In this document: one piece after another, positions 1 through 10,298 of the stretch
How the letters are laid out: the number at the start of each line of letters is the position of its first letter
Numbering within the stretch: the stretch's first letter is position 1
Source: an uncultured Pelagibacteraceae bacterium
Lineage (GTDB): Bacteria; Pseudomonadota; Alphaproteobacteria; Pelagibacterales; Pelagibacteraceae
Reading direction: 5' to 3'
DNA: 64,000 nt
Assembly: GCA_902603625.1 (NCBI GenBank)
Contig: CACKVM010000001.1
Coordinates: 85,647 to 149,646 of the forward strand
Notes under the pieces: model-generated
Told to the model about the DNA's origin: nothing
The model's input: the letters and a program-made list of their open reading frames with translations, nothing else
Database searches by the model: none
Translations under genes and position numbers: made by a program

Positions 1-2
1 TT

Positions 3-332
3 GTTATATGCACAGCTTTAATTCCAGGAAAAAAAGCTCCAGTGATTATCAAAGATCATATGATCGAAGTAATGCAACCTGGCTCAGTCATATACGACCT
101 TGCAGCAATTCAGGGAGGTAATACTGCTTTTACAAATGTTGATAAAATTGTAGATAAAGATGGTGTAAAAATTATGGGAGAAAGTAATATCTTAAACAAA
201 CTACCAGTTTCCGCTTCTAGCTTATATGCAAAAAATATGTTTAATTTCATCGAAAATTTATACGATAAAGAGAATAAAAAAATGAATATAAACTTAGACG
301 ATGAAATAATAGAAAAAACTATGGTAAAATAA
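3..332 (+). CDS. pntA: NAD(P) transhydrogenase alpha subunit part 1, C-terminal fragment (begins before window)
   Basis: Frame is open from the window edge ([10 protein letters not shown]...DLAAIQGGN...ASSLYAKN); directly upstream of pntAB/pntB. Confidence 0.93.
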   Translation, partial: VICTALIPGKKAPVIIKDHMIEVMQPGSVIYDLAAIQGGNTAFTNVDKIVDKDGVKIMGESNILNKLPVSASSLYAKNMFNFIENLYDKENKKMNINLDDEIIEKTMVK

Positions 333-334
333 AT

Positions 335-646
335 ATGGAAATAGATCCTTTAATATTTAGATTAAGTATATTCATACTTTCAATTTTTGTTGGATATTAT
401 GTTGTATGGAGTGTTACCCCTTCTTTACATACTCCATTAATGTCAGTTACTAATGCAATTTCATCAGTAATTATCGTTGGGGCAATTATTGCAGGCTTAG
501 CAGGCGGTTCAGAAACTATATTTAATATTTCAAGTGTTTTTGGTTTTTTAGCTATTGCTTTAGCAGCAATTAATATATTTGGTGGTTTTCTTGTAACTCA
601 AAGAATGCTGGCAATGTATAAAAAAAAGAAGAAGGATAAGCAATGA
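335..646 (+). CDS. pntAB: NAD(P) transhydrogenase alpha subunit part 2 (membrane)
   Basis: VTPSLHTPLMSVTNAISS and NIFGGFLVTQRMLAM motifs. Confidence 0.95.
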   Translation: MEIDPLIFRLSIFILSIFVGYYVVWSVTPSLHTPLMSVTNAISSVIIVGAIIAGLAGGSETIFNISSVFGFLAIALAAINIFGGFLVTQRMLAMYKKKKKDKQ

Positions 647-2040
647 TATCTGCAAATTTATCTGCAATTTTTTACTTAGTCTCAGGTGTGTTATTTATCT
701 TGGCTCTTAGAGGCTTATCTTCACCTGAAACTTCGAGACAAGGAAATTTATTTGGAATTGTTGGAATGATTATAGCTGTAGTTGTAACTTTTTTATCTAC
801 AGGCAATTTCTCTAGTGGTTTTATTTTTGTTTTAGTATTTATTTTAGTTGGAGGTTCTATAGGAGCTTTTATCGCATACAAAATCCCTATGACAGCAATG
901 CCTGAATTAGTGGCTGGTTTTCATAGTTTAGTTGGACTTGCAGCAGTTTTCGTTGCGATAGCTGCATTTTTGAACCCTGAAGCATTTAACCTTGGCACAC
1001 AAGGAAATATTAAACTTGGTAGTTTAATCGAAATGTCGATAGGAGCTGCAGTAGGAGCTATAACTTTTTCAGGTTCAGTTATTGCTTTTTTAAAACTCCA
1101 AGGAATCATGTCTGGTTCACCTATCACATTTAGAGGTCAACACCTGCTTAACGCTTTAATTTTGATATCTATAATCATTTTAATTTATTTACTATGTTCT
1201 ACTCAATCATCAAATTTATTTTGGATACTTCTATCAATTTCTTTTCTAATCGGTTTTCTTTTGATCATTCCTATTGGAGGGGCAGATATGCCAGTTGTGA
1301 TTTCAATGCTTAACTCCTACTCAGGTTGGGCTGCAGCAGGAATAGGTTTTACTTTAGAAAATACTGCTTTGATAATTACAGGAGCATTAGTTGGATCATC
1401 TGGAGCAATATTATCTTATATAATGTGCAAGGGCATGAACCGTTCTTTCTTTAATGTGATATTAGGTGGATTTGGTGCAACAGATGATGCCTCAAGTTCT
1501 ACTTCAAAAGAACAAAGACCTGTTAAAAGTGGTAATGCAGATGATGCAGCGTTCTTAATGAAGAATGCTTCTTCAGTTATCATTGTTCCTGGGTATGGAA
1601 TGGCTGTAGCACAAGCACAACATGCTTTAAGGGAAATGGTAGATACATTAAAGAAAAATGATATAAAGGTATCATATGCGATCCATCCTGTGGCAGGAAG
1701 AATGCCAGGCCATATGAATGTTTTGTTAGCTGAAGCTAATGTTCCTTATGATGAGGTCTTTGAATTAGAGGAAATTAATAATGATTTTGCAAATGCAGAT
1801 GTTGCATTTGTGATAGGTGCGAATGATGTAACAAATCCTGTTGCAAAAACAGATCCTCAAAGTCCAATTTACGGAATGCCTGTTTTGGATGTTGAAAAAT
1901 GTAAATCTGTTTTATTTGTAAAAAGAAGTCTTTCTCCTGGTTATGCAGGTATTGATAATGATCTTTTTTATAAAGAAAATACTTTAATGTTATTTGCTGA
2001 TGCAAAAAAAATGACTGAAGACATTACTAAAAATTTATAA
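643..2040 (+). CDS. pntB: NAD(P) transhydrogenase beta subunit
   Basis: GGADMPVVISMLNSYSGWAA, VPGYGMAVAQAQH, HPVAGRMPGHMNVLLAEA. Confidence 0.97.
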   Translation: MISANLSAIFYLVSGVLFILALRGLSSPETSRQGNLFGIVGMIIAVVVTFLSTGNFSSGFIFVLVFILVGGSIGAFIAYKIPMTAMPELVAGFHSLVGLAAVFVAIAAFLNPEAFNLGTQGNIKLGSLIEMSIGAAVGAITFSGSVIAFLKLQGIMSGSPITFRGQHLLNALILISIIILIYLLCSTQSSNLFWILLSISFLIGFLLIIPIGGADMPVVISMLNSYSGWAAAGIGFTLENTALIITGALVGSSGAILSYIMCKGMNRSFFNVILGGFGATDDASSSTSKEQRPVKSGNADDAAFLMKNASSVIIVPGYGMAVAQAQHALREMVDTLKKNDIKVSYAIHPVAGRMPGHMNVLLAEANVPYDEVFELEEINNDFANADVAFVIGANDVTNPVAKTDPQSPIYGMPVLDVEKCKSVLFVKRSLSPGYAGIDNDLFYKENTLMLFADAKKMTEDITKNL

Positions 2041-2049
2041 GGGGTATTT

Positions 2050-2748
2050 TTGAAAACTAAAATTTTTTGTGACATAGCAGAGATAGACTTAATAAAAAAA
2101 TTTTATAAGAAGAAAATTGTAAAAGGTTTTACAACAAATCCAAGTTTGATGAGAAAGGCTGGAGCTAAAAATTATGAATTTTATTCAAAAAAAATTCTAC
2201 AGATTTGCAAAAATAAACCAGTTTCACTTGAGGTATTTGCTGATGAATATGCTGAAATGAAAAAACAAGCAATCAAGATAAATAAGTGGGCAAAAAATGT
2301 TTTTGTGAAGGTACCGATATCAAACTCTAAAGGTAAGTTTATGGGGAAAATTATTAGAGATCTTAATGATCAAGATATTAAATTGAATATAACAGCAGTA
2401 TATAGTGCTCAGCAAACAAAAAAAATTCTAAAATCTATTAACAAAAAGACAAAAGTAATAATTTCAATTTTTGCAGGAAGAGCAGGCGATAGTGGTAAAG
2501 ATCCTATTCCAGAATTAAAAAAAAGTTTATCTTTAGCTAAAAAATTTCAAAACGTGGAAATACTGTGGGCAAGTGTAAGAGAACCATATAATTACCTACA
2601 GGCTAAACAATTAGGATGTCACATAATAACAGTTCCACCTTTGATTATTGAAAAAATTGAAAAATTTGGAAAAACGTTTGAAGAACTTACCAAAGAAACA
2701 GTCAAAGCTTTTTTAGTTGATAGTAAAAAATCTAAATTTAAAATTTGA
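2050..2748 (+). CDS. tal: Transaldolase (short TalC/FSA-like family)
   Basis: GFTTNPSL, Schiff-base Lys in VFVKVP, SIFAGR, WASVRE; TTG start. Confidence 0.88.
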   Translation: MKTKIFCDIAEIDLIKKFYKKKIVKGFTTNPSLMRKAGAKNYEFYSKKILQICKNKPVSLEVFADEYAEMKKQAIKINKWAKNVFVKVPISNSKGKFMGKIIRDLNDQDIKLNITAVYSAQQTKKILKSINKKTKVIISIFAGRAGDSGKDPIPELKKSLSLAKKFQNVEILWASVREPYNYLQAKQLGCHIITVPPLIIEKIEKFGKTFEELTKETVKAFLVDSKKSKFKI

Positions 2749-3513
2749 TTATTCTTTATTTTTTTCTGGGTCGATAAGGAAACTGCTAGAAGATTTTGTA
2801 TTGTGCCTATAAGTTTTTTTAAAAAGAATTTTTTGATACAATTTACTTATTATAGCATTATTTCTTTCTTTAACAAAAACTGGAGGATTGAGTTTTTCAC
2901 CTAAATTTTTGCGTTTTTTAAATATTCCTAATCCAGTTGAGCCCCTCATTATTTCAAAGTCGATTTTATCCATATTGCCTCTAAATATAGCCTCCAATAA
3001 TTTAAAAATTTTTCTGTTAGATATTTCTGTGTTAACAGAATCCTTTCTTTGTTTGCTCATATATGGGCCACTATCTATATCATCAAAAAAAATGAGAGCA
3101 TCATTATTTAAATATTCAAAAAAATTATAAATTTCTTTCTCCACATGATTTGCAGTATGCAAGGAGTCCACATAAAGGATATCAATACCTTTTTTAATTA
3201 GTGGTTTATTAAGTAAAAGTTTTTCTATATTTGCAGAGTCTTGTTGTACAAATTCCCAATTTTCATCAATTACAGCATTTCTACAGTCCTTTATATCAAT
3301 TGAAATAAGCTTAGCATTTTGTTTTCCATCTATTGCATTAAGAAAAACTCTAGTGCTTTGACCTCTATCCACGCCTAGTTCAACAATTAATGGATTAGGT
3401 TTTAATTCTGTTTCTTTATGCAATCTGAGAAGTTGTTGTGCTAAAAAACGAGATTCATCATTTTTAAATAAATGAGTTTCAAGCTGATCAATGTAAGATT
3501 GGTATTTTTTCAT
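2749..3513 (-). CDS. Class I SAM-dependent methyltransferase (Methyltransf_24-like)
   Basis: IVELGVDRGQST, LISIDI, ILYVDSLH, IFFDD pattern. Confidence 0.75.
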   Translation of the reverse strand: MKKYQSYIDQLETHLFKNDESRFLAQQLLRLHKETELKPNPLIVELGVDRGQSTRVFLNAIDGKQNAKLISIDIKDCRNAVIDENWEFVQQDSANIEKLLLNKPLIKKGIDILYVDSLHTANHVEKEIYNFFEYLNNDALIFFDDIDSGPYMSKQRKDSVNTEISNRKIFKLLEAIFRGNMDKIDFEIMRGSTGLGIFKKRKNLGEKLNPPVFVKERNNAIISKLYQKILFKKTYRHNTKSSSSFLIDPEKNKE

Positions 3514-3523
3514 AAAAAAAAAT

Positions 3524-3600
<77 letters not shown>

Positions 3601-3606
3601 GTATAC

Positions 3607-3801
3607 TTAAATTCTGTTTTTAAGTTTATTTAATTTTTTTACTCTTTTAATATTTTCTTGAAGGATTCTTTTTTTCTTTTCTGAGGGTTTTTCGTAAGTA
3701 TTCTTTAGTTTTATAACTTTAAAAAAACCATCTCTTTGAAGTTTTCTTTTCAAAACTCTCAAAGCTTGCTCAATATTGTTATCTTTAACTTCTATTTTAA
3801 T
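3607..3801 (-). CDS. rpsU: 30S ribosomal protein bS21 (probable ATT start at 3801; ORF track uses TTG at 3813)
   Basis: IKIEVKDNNIEQALRVLKRKLQRDG...YEKPSEKK; GGAGG lies 5 nt before the ATT. Confidence 0.92.
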   Translation of the reverse strand: MKIEVKDNNIEQALRVLKRKLQRDGFFKVIKLKNTYEKPSEKKKRILQENIKRVKKLNKLKNRI

Positions 3802-3861
3802 AACTACCTCCAAAAAGGTGATTACGTAACACTTTTATTTTTTTATGTCTATTAATTTTAT

Positions 3862-4440
3862 TCATTGATTATTAGCTTGTTTGGCTAGTTTTTCTTTTTG
3901 TTTTTTCTCTCTTTTAATTCTACGCTCAGCTTTTTCTAGTGCATCAATTAAATCTTTTTGAGTAAATAGATTTAATGCAACAGGATCTTTGGGGTTTAGA
4001 TTATTGTAATTCCAATAACTTTTATTTTTAATAGAAGTTACAGAGTTTTTTGTAATTCCAACTAATTTAGCTATTTGAGAGTCTTTAAGAATATTGTGTT
4101 GTTTTATTAACCATAAAGCTGAGTCTGGTTTATCTTGTCTTTTAGATAATGGAATATATTTCTTAATTTTTTTTTCTGAATTAGATATCTCAATATCGGT
4201 ACTTTTAATTTGCAGTGGTCTATTTTGATCCTTTGATGATAATTCTATTTCTTCTCTAGTTAATTGTCCTGAAATAATAGGGTTATAAGCTTTTATACCT
4301 TTTGCAACTTCTCCGTCTGCTATTCCTTGAATTTCTACTTCATGTAATTTACAAAAATCTGCAATTTGTTTAAATGTTAAGGTTGTATTTTCAACTAGCC
4401 AAACAGCTGTTGCCATTGGCATTAAAGGTGCTTTAGACAT
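3862..4440 (-). CDS. DUF1013 family protein (TrcR-like cell-cycle transcriptional regulator)
   Basis: PLMPMATAVWLVENTTLTFKQIADFCKLHEVEIQGIADGEVA; YIPLSKRQDKPD. Confidence 0.88.
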   Translation of the reverse strand: MSKAPLMPMATAVWLVENTTLTFKQIADFCKLHEVEIQGIADGEVAKGIKAYNPIISGQLTREEIELSSKDQNRPLQIKSTDIEISNSEKKIKKYIPLSKRQDKPDSALWLIKQHNILKDSQIAKLVGITKNSVTSIKNKSYWNYNNLNPKDPVALNLFTQKDLIDALEKAERRIKREKKQKEKLAKQANNQ

Positions 4441-4671
4441 CTAATTTTTTTTTTCTGATTTAAAATTTTGAAATTTTTTATTGAATTTACTTATTCTTCC
4501 TTTGTCCATTAATTTTTGTTTTCCACCAGTCCAAGCAGAATGTGATTTTGGATCAATTTCAAGTTTCAAAATCTCTCCCTCTTTACCCCAGGTTGATTTT
4601 GTTTCAAATTGCGATCCATCAGTCATTTCAACTTTGATCTTATGATAATTTGGATGAATATTTTTTTTCAT
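4441..4671 (-). CDS. rpmE: 50S ribosomal protein bL31 (Cys-free form)
   Basis: [10 protein letters not shown]...[14 protein letters not shown]...[10 protein letters not shown]. Confidence 0.96.
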   Translation of the reverse strand: MKKNIHPNYHKIKVEMTDGSQFETKSTWGKEGEILKLEIDPKSHSAWTGGKQKLMDKGRISKFNKKFQNFKSEKKN

Positions 4672-4777
4672 GACGAGATTTATAACAAAAGAATTTTCTA
4701 AAACAATTAAAAGTTACTATATTTTTATTAGATTGATCATATTTAAATAATAATACCACTCTAAAGTGTTAAATTAA

Positions 4778-6163
4778 TTAACGAATTTTGATTAATTTTT
4801 TTGCTAATCTTAAAGCAAGTGTCATAATTGTCCATGTGGGATTAGTATAACCATTATATGGAAAGACACTTGATCCTACCACATACATATTATTGTAACC
4901 AAATAATTTCAAATCTTTATTAACCACACCATCATTATGATTTTTTCCAATTTTTGTTGTGCAAGAAGGGTGTTGGCCAGCTAAGCCATTTTTATAAAAT
5001 TTTCTAAGAAAGACATCTTTATTAATTAAAATTTTTTTATTCTTAGATGATTTTTCAATCAAATTTATGTAATTTTTTAAGTCTTCATTTTGTAAATCCC
5101 ACTTAATATCTATTTTTTTTAACCCAAACTTATCAAGATTATTGGTTAGATATATTCTATTTTTAATACTAGGACTTTGTGAAAAAAAATATTCAAAAGA
5201 ATATTTATAATATTTTTTCCATAAGGCTCCTACCATATGAAAAAGACCATTTATTTTTCTTACAAAAAAACTAAAAAATCTTAAAAATATCCTTAATTTT
5301 AAATTTTTAATTTTAATGAATAATCTTAACAATTTCCTCGTCGGATCAATTTTATAGTCTAGCTGGATACCACAAAAATATTTTCTGCTATTAACTATTA
5401 AAGCAGCTTCATTTGTTTTTATGTTTAGATTTAGTTTTATATTTGGTTTAAGGATTTTTTTAAATTCAGGTAGCTCAGACATCTTTATTTTTCCTAAGTT
5501 AATATGTGGGTGATCTGATAAAAATTTTCCCAAATTTTTATTTTTTTTTTCTAGTAAGTTCAATAGAATATGGGGATTTCCGAGTCCCCCACAACAAAAT
5601 ATCAAATCATAATTTACTTCAATATTTTCTAGATCATTTTTAGTATTTCTTATTATTACATTTTTAACATTATTATTAATTATTTTTAACTTTACAGGTG
5701 AGAATTCTTTAAAAATTTTTATTTTTTTATTTTGTTTGATATTTAAATATTTATAAATATTCCTAAAATCAGCTCTATGTGAATATCTATAATAAAGGTC
5801 ATTTTTTCTTTCAGATTTTACCATCAAATTTTTATTTATTTTAAATTTTTTTGATAAGATATTTGAATATTTTTTTAATTCTTTATATCTAAAAGGCCAA
5901 CTATAATTTTTAAATTCATTTTCACTTAATAAGTAAACTTTGCTATGCCATAATAGACTATTACCTCCCATTTCATCACTAAAAACAGGAGTATAATAAT
6001 TTGGGCTTTTGTTTACATACGGACAAAAAAAATGATTTATTGCATGAGGCTTGTCATTACTGGCTCTATCAATTAGGGCAATACTAAAACCATTTTTTGA
6101 TAGTTCGTCTGCCAAAACACATCCTGCTGGTCCTGATCCAACAATTACAAAGTCAAATATCAT
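4778..6163 (-). CDS. GMC-family FAD oxidoreductase
   Basis: N-terminal GSGPAG dinucleotide motif, MGGNSLLW, LSDHPH, C-terminal HPSCTTKIG and GSSVFP..GYTNPTWTIMTLA. Confidence 0.82.
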   Translation of the reverse strand: MIFDFVIVGSGPAGCVLADELSKNGFSIALIDRASNDKPHAINHFFCPYVNKSPNYYTPVFSDEMGGNSLLWHSKVYLLSENEFKNYSWPFRYKELKKYSNILSKKFKINKNLMVKSERKNDLYYRYSHRADFRNIYKYLNIKQNKKIKIFKEFSPVKLKIINNNVKNVIIRNTKNDLENIEVNYDLIFCCGGLGNPHILLNLLEKKNKNLGKFLSDHPHINLGKIKMSELPEFKKILKPNIKLNLNIKTNEAALIVNSRKYFCGIQLDYKIDPTRKLLRLFIKIKNLKLRIFLRFFSFFVRKINGLFHMVGALWKKYYKYSFEYFFSQSPSIKNRIYLTNNLDKFGLKKIDIKWDLQNEDLKNYINLIEKSSKNKKILINKDVFLRKFYKNGLAGQHPSCTTKIGKNHNDGVVNKDLKLFGYNNMYVVGSSVFPYNGYTNPTWTIMTLALRLAKKLIKIR

Positions 6164-6204
6164 ATTAAAATTTATATATCTAATATTTATTATTTTCTAA
6201 ATAT

Positions 6205-6945
6205 TTAAAAGTTTTTTAATTTTTTAAATAATTTTGAATTAATTTCTGAATTAGAAGCAATTATTTTTATATTCTTAATTATCGTTAAATCTAACTCATT
6301 TAATACCCCTCCAGCCTCTTTTACCATTAAAATTCCAGCTGCTATATCCCAAAGATTTATATTTTTTTGAAAATATCCATCATATCTCCCAGCTGCAACG
6401 TATGCCATATCTAGAGCAGCGCATCCAGATTTTCTATAGGTCAAATCAAATTCATTCTTTATTTTTCCTCCTGTAACAAAAAGACAATCATCAAGCTCGT
6501 TTCTTTTAGAGACTCTTATTCTTTTATTATTTAAATATGCCCCATTATCTTTCTCTGCATAAAACATCTCATTTTTAATTGGGTCAAAAATTAAACCAGA
6601 TATAATTTCTTGATTAAATCTAAGTGCGATAGAAATAGCAAAGTGTGGTATTCCATGTAAAAAGTTAATAGTACCATCAATAGGATCTATTATCCATGTG
6701 TTACCACTATCGTTATTTTTTTCAAATCCATTCTCTTCACTTACAATTGAATACTTTGGTCTAGCTTTTTTTAATTCCTCTATAATTATTTTTTCAGCTT
6801 TCAAGTCAGAATTTGTTACGAAATCAGATGGACCTTTTTTTGAAACTTGTAATTTTTCAATTTCACCAAAGTCTCTAATCAGTATTTTTGAGGCTTTTTC
6901 ACTCGCTTTGATCATAATATTGAGGTTTGCAGAAATTGAATTCAC
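6205..6945 (-). CDS. suhB: Inositol monophosphatase family protein (GTG start at 6945)
   Basis: SEE, WIIDPIDGTINF, WDIAAG motifs; start re-picked to avoid overlap with efp. Confidence 0.92.
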   Translation of the reverse strand: MNSISANLNIMIKASEKASKILIRDFGEIEKLQVSKKGPSDFVTNSDLKAEKIIIEELKKARPKYSIVSEENGFEKNNDSGNTWIIDPIDGTINFLHGIPHFAISIALRFNQEIISGLIFDPIKNEMFYAEKDNGAYLNNKRIRVSKRNELDDCLFVTGGKIKNEFDLTYRKSGCAALDMAYVAAGRYDGYFQKNINLWDIAAGILMVKEAGGVLNELDLTIIKNIKIIASNSEINSKLFKKLKNF

Positions 6946-6949
6946 TTGA

Positions 6950-7510
6950 TTAAATTTTTTTGACGTATTGTAAATTTCTTGTATCGATAACAATGTTATC
7001 TCCAGCTTCAATAAATGGAGGTACTTGAATGCTCAAACCATTTTCTAATAAAGCAGGCTTATATGATGAAGAAACTGTTTGACCCTTTAGAGCAACATCA
7101 GTCGAGTCAATTTTACAATTTACTTGATTTGGCAAATTCACTGAGATTGGAGTATCATTATAAAAATTTAATATAACTTCTAAATTTTCTGTGAGTAATT
7201 TTCCCTTATCTCCAACTAAATCTTTTCCTAATTCAATTTGTTCAAAAGATTTTGGATTTATAAAAAAATAACTCCTATCATCCTCATAAAGAAAATTAAA
7301 ATTAATTTCCTCTAATGAAGCTTTTTCAACAGTCTCGCTTGATCGAAATCTTTCATTAAGTTTAGTATTTTTGTGAACACTTTTCATTTCAACTTGCGCA
7401 AAAGCTCCACCTTTACCTGGTTTTACGTGTTGAGTTTTTAAAACTTGCCACAAATCGTTTTTAAACTCTAAAAGCATTCCTACTCTTATTTCACTTGCAT
7501 TTATTTTCAT
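6950..7510 (-). CDS. efp: Elongation factor P
   Basis: HVKPGKGGAFAQ loop; YKPA.LENG..IQVPPFI. Confidence 0.97.
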   Translation of the reverse strand: MKINASEIRVGMLLEFKNDLWQVLKTQHVKPGKGGAFAQVEMKSVHKNTKLNERFRSSETVEKASLEEINFNFLYEDDRSYFFINPKSFEQIELGKDLVGDKGKLLTENLEVILNFYNDTPISVNLPNQVNCKIDSTDVALKGQTVSSSYKPALLENGLSIQVPPFIEAGDNIVIDTRNLQYVKKI

Positions 7511-8121
7511 TTTAATTTTTTTATTGTCTCAACTGGTTTTAAATTTTTATTATTCCAAATGTAACCTGAAATAGCTAAAAAGTTTGCTTTGTTCAACAAA
7601 AGTTTTTTATAATTTAAATAATTTATTCCTCCTATCGCAACAATTGGAATTTTAACAAATTTTCTAGCTTTTTTAAGTAAATCATATTTTGCTTTGAATT
7701 TTACTTTTTTTGTATTTGAATAATTAAATGCACCAAATGCAATATAATCTGCTCTATCACGAACTGCCTTTTTAGCAAGTTTTAACGAATTATGACAAGT
7801 GATACCTATTATTTTATTTTTTAGAATTTTTCGAGCATCAGAAATTTGCATATCATTTTGACCTAAATGGCATCCATCCGCATTAATTTCTTTTGTTAAA
7901 AAGGGATCATCATTAATTATAAGTTTAACATTATAGTTTTTACAAATTATTTTTATTTTTTTACCTATTTTTAATTTATTTTTAAAACTTTCTTTTTTTA
8001 ATCTTAATTGAAAAAAACTTACTTTTTTTAATCTAAAAATTTTAATTAAGTCTTTATAAAATAAACTATGGATTTTGTTTGGAGAAATTATATAAAGAAA
8101 CTTTTTCTTATTAATTTTCAA
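7507..8121 (-). CDS. thiE: Thiamine phosphate synthase
   Basis: FQLRLK, IINDD, ADGCHLGQND, VAIGGI. Confidence 0.92.
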   Translation of the reverse strand: MKINKKKFLYIISPNKIHSLFYKDLIKIFRLKKVSFFQLRLKKESFKNKLKIGKKIKIICKNYNVKLIINDDPFLTKEINADGCHLGQNDMQISDARKILKNKIIGITCHNSLKLAKKAVRDRADYIAFGAFNYSNTKKVKFKAKYDLLKKARKFVKIPIVAIGGINYLNYKKLLLNKANFLAISGYIWNNKNLKPVETIKKLK

Positions 8122-9118
8122 GATCTCTTGACCATTTACCTTGAGCAGCTAAAGTATTCATTTTTGCTCTATGATTAAATACCTTTTGGGTGCTGTCTAT
8201 GTCTTTTATATTTTTAGACCATTTTTTAAGGGCACTTTGTTGTAATGCTCTCCCATAAGAGTAAGACATAATAAATTTAGTGTCATTATATTTATTAATT
8301 AAATTTAAATTTTCAGTCGACTCAATTTCAGTTTGACCACCAGATAAAAAAGCAATACCAGGAACTTCAGATGGCACTGATTTTTTTAAGCATTTAACAG
8401 TTAACTTTGCTACATCTTCCCCCTCAATCTTATTTTTAGAATCTGTTCCTGCTAAAATCATATTGGGTTTTAAAATTACTCCTCTCAAATCTATTTTATG
8501 TAATATTAATTCTTCAAAACACTTTTCAATAACTTCTGAAGTTTTATTGTAACAATCTTCAGCTGAATGATCTCCTGACATCAAAACCTCAGGTTCAACA
8601 ATTGGCACCATATTAATTTCTTGTACTATAGCAGCATATCTTGCTAGTGCATGAGCATTTGAGTAAATTGACAATTTACTTGGGTAATCTCTACTGATGT
8701 TATAAACACCCCGCCATTTTGTGAAACGGGCTCCAAGTTTATAATATTCTTTTAATCTTTCTCTCAAACCATCTAAACCCTCTGTAATTTTTTCTTCTGT
8801 AGAGCCTGCTAATTGTTTTGCACCTGTATCAACTTTTATTCCTGGTATAGATTTAGAAGATATAATTAATTCTGGAATAGTTTTACCTTTTGATGATTGT
8901 TGCTTTATTGTTTCATCATATAATATCACTCCACCTATACACTCTGCCATACTACTTGAGCTAAAAAGAGTTTCTCTGAAATTCAATCTATTCTCTGGAG
9001 TTGAAGGAATTTTTACAGAGTCCAGTCTTTTTGTCATAGTAGCTGTACTTTCATCAGCTGCTAAAATTCCTTTTCCATCAGACAAAATTTTTAAAGCTAT
9101 AGAATTTAATTCAGACAT
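8111..9118 (-). CDS. fba: Fructose-bisphosphate aldolase class I
   Basis: GKGILAADES, VPIVEPEV, ILKPNM, FLSGGQ, SYGRALQ. Confidence 0.96.
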   Translation of the reverse strand: MSELNSIALKILSDGKGILAADESTATMTKRLDSVKIPSTPENRLNFRETLFSSSSMAECIGGVILYDETIKQQSSKGKTIPELIISSKSIPGIKVDTGAKQLAGSTEEKITEGLDGLRERLKEYYKLGARFTKWRGVYNISRDYPSKLSIYSNAHALARYAAIVQEINMVPIVEPEVLMSGDHSAEDCYNKTSEVIEKCFEELILHKIDLRGVILKPNMILAGTDSKNKIEGEDVAKLTVKCLKKSVPSEVPGIAFLSGGQTEIESTENLNLINKYNDTKFIMSYSYGRALQQSALKKWSKNIKDIDSTQKVFNHRAKMNTLAAQGKWSRDLEN

Positions 9119-10298
9119 GATTCTTCAAAGCTTTTATACCAGGAAGATCCTTTCCTTCAAGGTATTCTAAAAAAGCTCCACCAGCAGTTGAAACAAAATC
9201 AAAATTCTCAATTGCTTTTAATTTATTCAATAACGCAATTGTATCTCCACCTCCAGCTACAGAGTATAATGAGTTGGTTTTACTTTTATTTATTATTGAC
9301 TTAGCTATTTCAATACTTCCTTTTGCAAAATCTGGATTTTCACAATATCCAGCAGGACCATTCCATAAAACAGTTTTACTTTTATTTATTAAACCATTTA
9401 TTTCTTTTATTGTTTTGGGGCCAATGTCTAAAATCATTTCATCATTTCTAATTTCAGCTAGATCTCTGACAGAAGGTTTGTCATTAAAATTTTTACCAAC
9501 TATTACATCTTTAGGGTAAATTAATGAACAAGGAAACTTTTTTAATTCATTAAAGATATCTTTTATAATATCCCCACATTTAGTCTCCTGTATAGACTTA
9601 CCAATTTGAAAATTCTTATAATTCAATATATTATTTGCCATACCTCCAACGATTACAATATTATTAAACCTCGGAATTAAATTTTTAATAATACCAATTT
9701 TTGTTGAAATTTTAGACCCACCCATAATGCAAGTGACAGGTTTTTCTATGTTGTTTGTAACTTTTTCTAATGCCTCAATTTCTGAAATAAGTTGTATACC
9801 TGGGTAAGATGGAAGAAACTCAGTAATACTTGTGACAGAGGCGTGATTTCTGTGGGAGCATGAAAATGCATCATTTATATAAATATCAGCTAAACTTGCT
9901 AAATCTCTAGAAAAATCTAAATCATTATTCTCTTCTTCTTTGTAAAATCTAATATTTTCAAAAAAAATAATTCTCTCACTTAGTTTTTCGAATAGGTTAG
10001 TATTTTTAATTTTTTTTAAATCATCAGATATTAAATGTATTTTTTGAGACAATTTATTCTCTAAATTTTCCTTAATTGGTTTCAATGATAACTGAGGATT
10101 AATTTTACCTTTTGGTCTTCCAACGTGTGAAATTATTATTACTTTAGCATTTTCTTTTATTAAATATTTCATTATCGGTATTATTTTGATAATTCTAGTT
10201 TCATCTGTAATGAAACCATCTTTAATTGGGACATTTAGATCTAACCTCAATAAAACTCTCGTATTTTTTAAGTATTTAAAGTCTCGTAAATTTTTCAT
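9111..10298 (-). CDS. pgk: Phosphoglycerate kinase
   Basis: LRLDLNVP, SHVGRPKG, WNGPAG, STAGGAFLEYLEGK. Confidence 0.96.
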   Translation of the reverse strand: MKNLRDFKYLKNTRVLLRLDLNVPIKDGFITDETRIIKIIPIMKYLIKENAKVIIISHVGRPKGKINPQLSLKPIKENLENKLSQKIHLISDDLKKIKNTNLFEKLSERIIFFENIRFYKEEENNDLDFSRDLASLADIYINDAFSCSHRNHASVTSITEFLPSYPGIQLISEIEALEKVTNNIEKPVTCIMGGSKISTKIGIIKNLIPRFNNIVIVGGMANNILNYKNFQIGKSIQETKCGDIIKDIFNELKKFPCSLIYPKDVIVGKNFNDKPSVRDLAEIRNDEMILDIGPKTIKEINGLINKSKTVLWNGPAGYCENPDFAKGSIEIAKSIINKSKTNSLYSVAGGGDTIALLNKLKAIENFDFVSTAGGAFLEYLEGKDLPGIKALKNHV

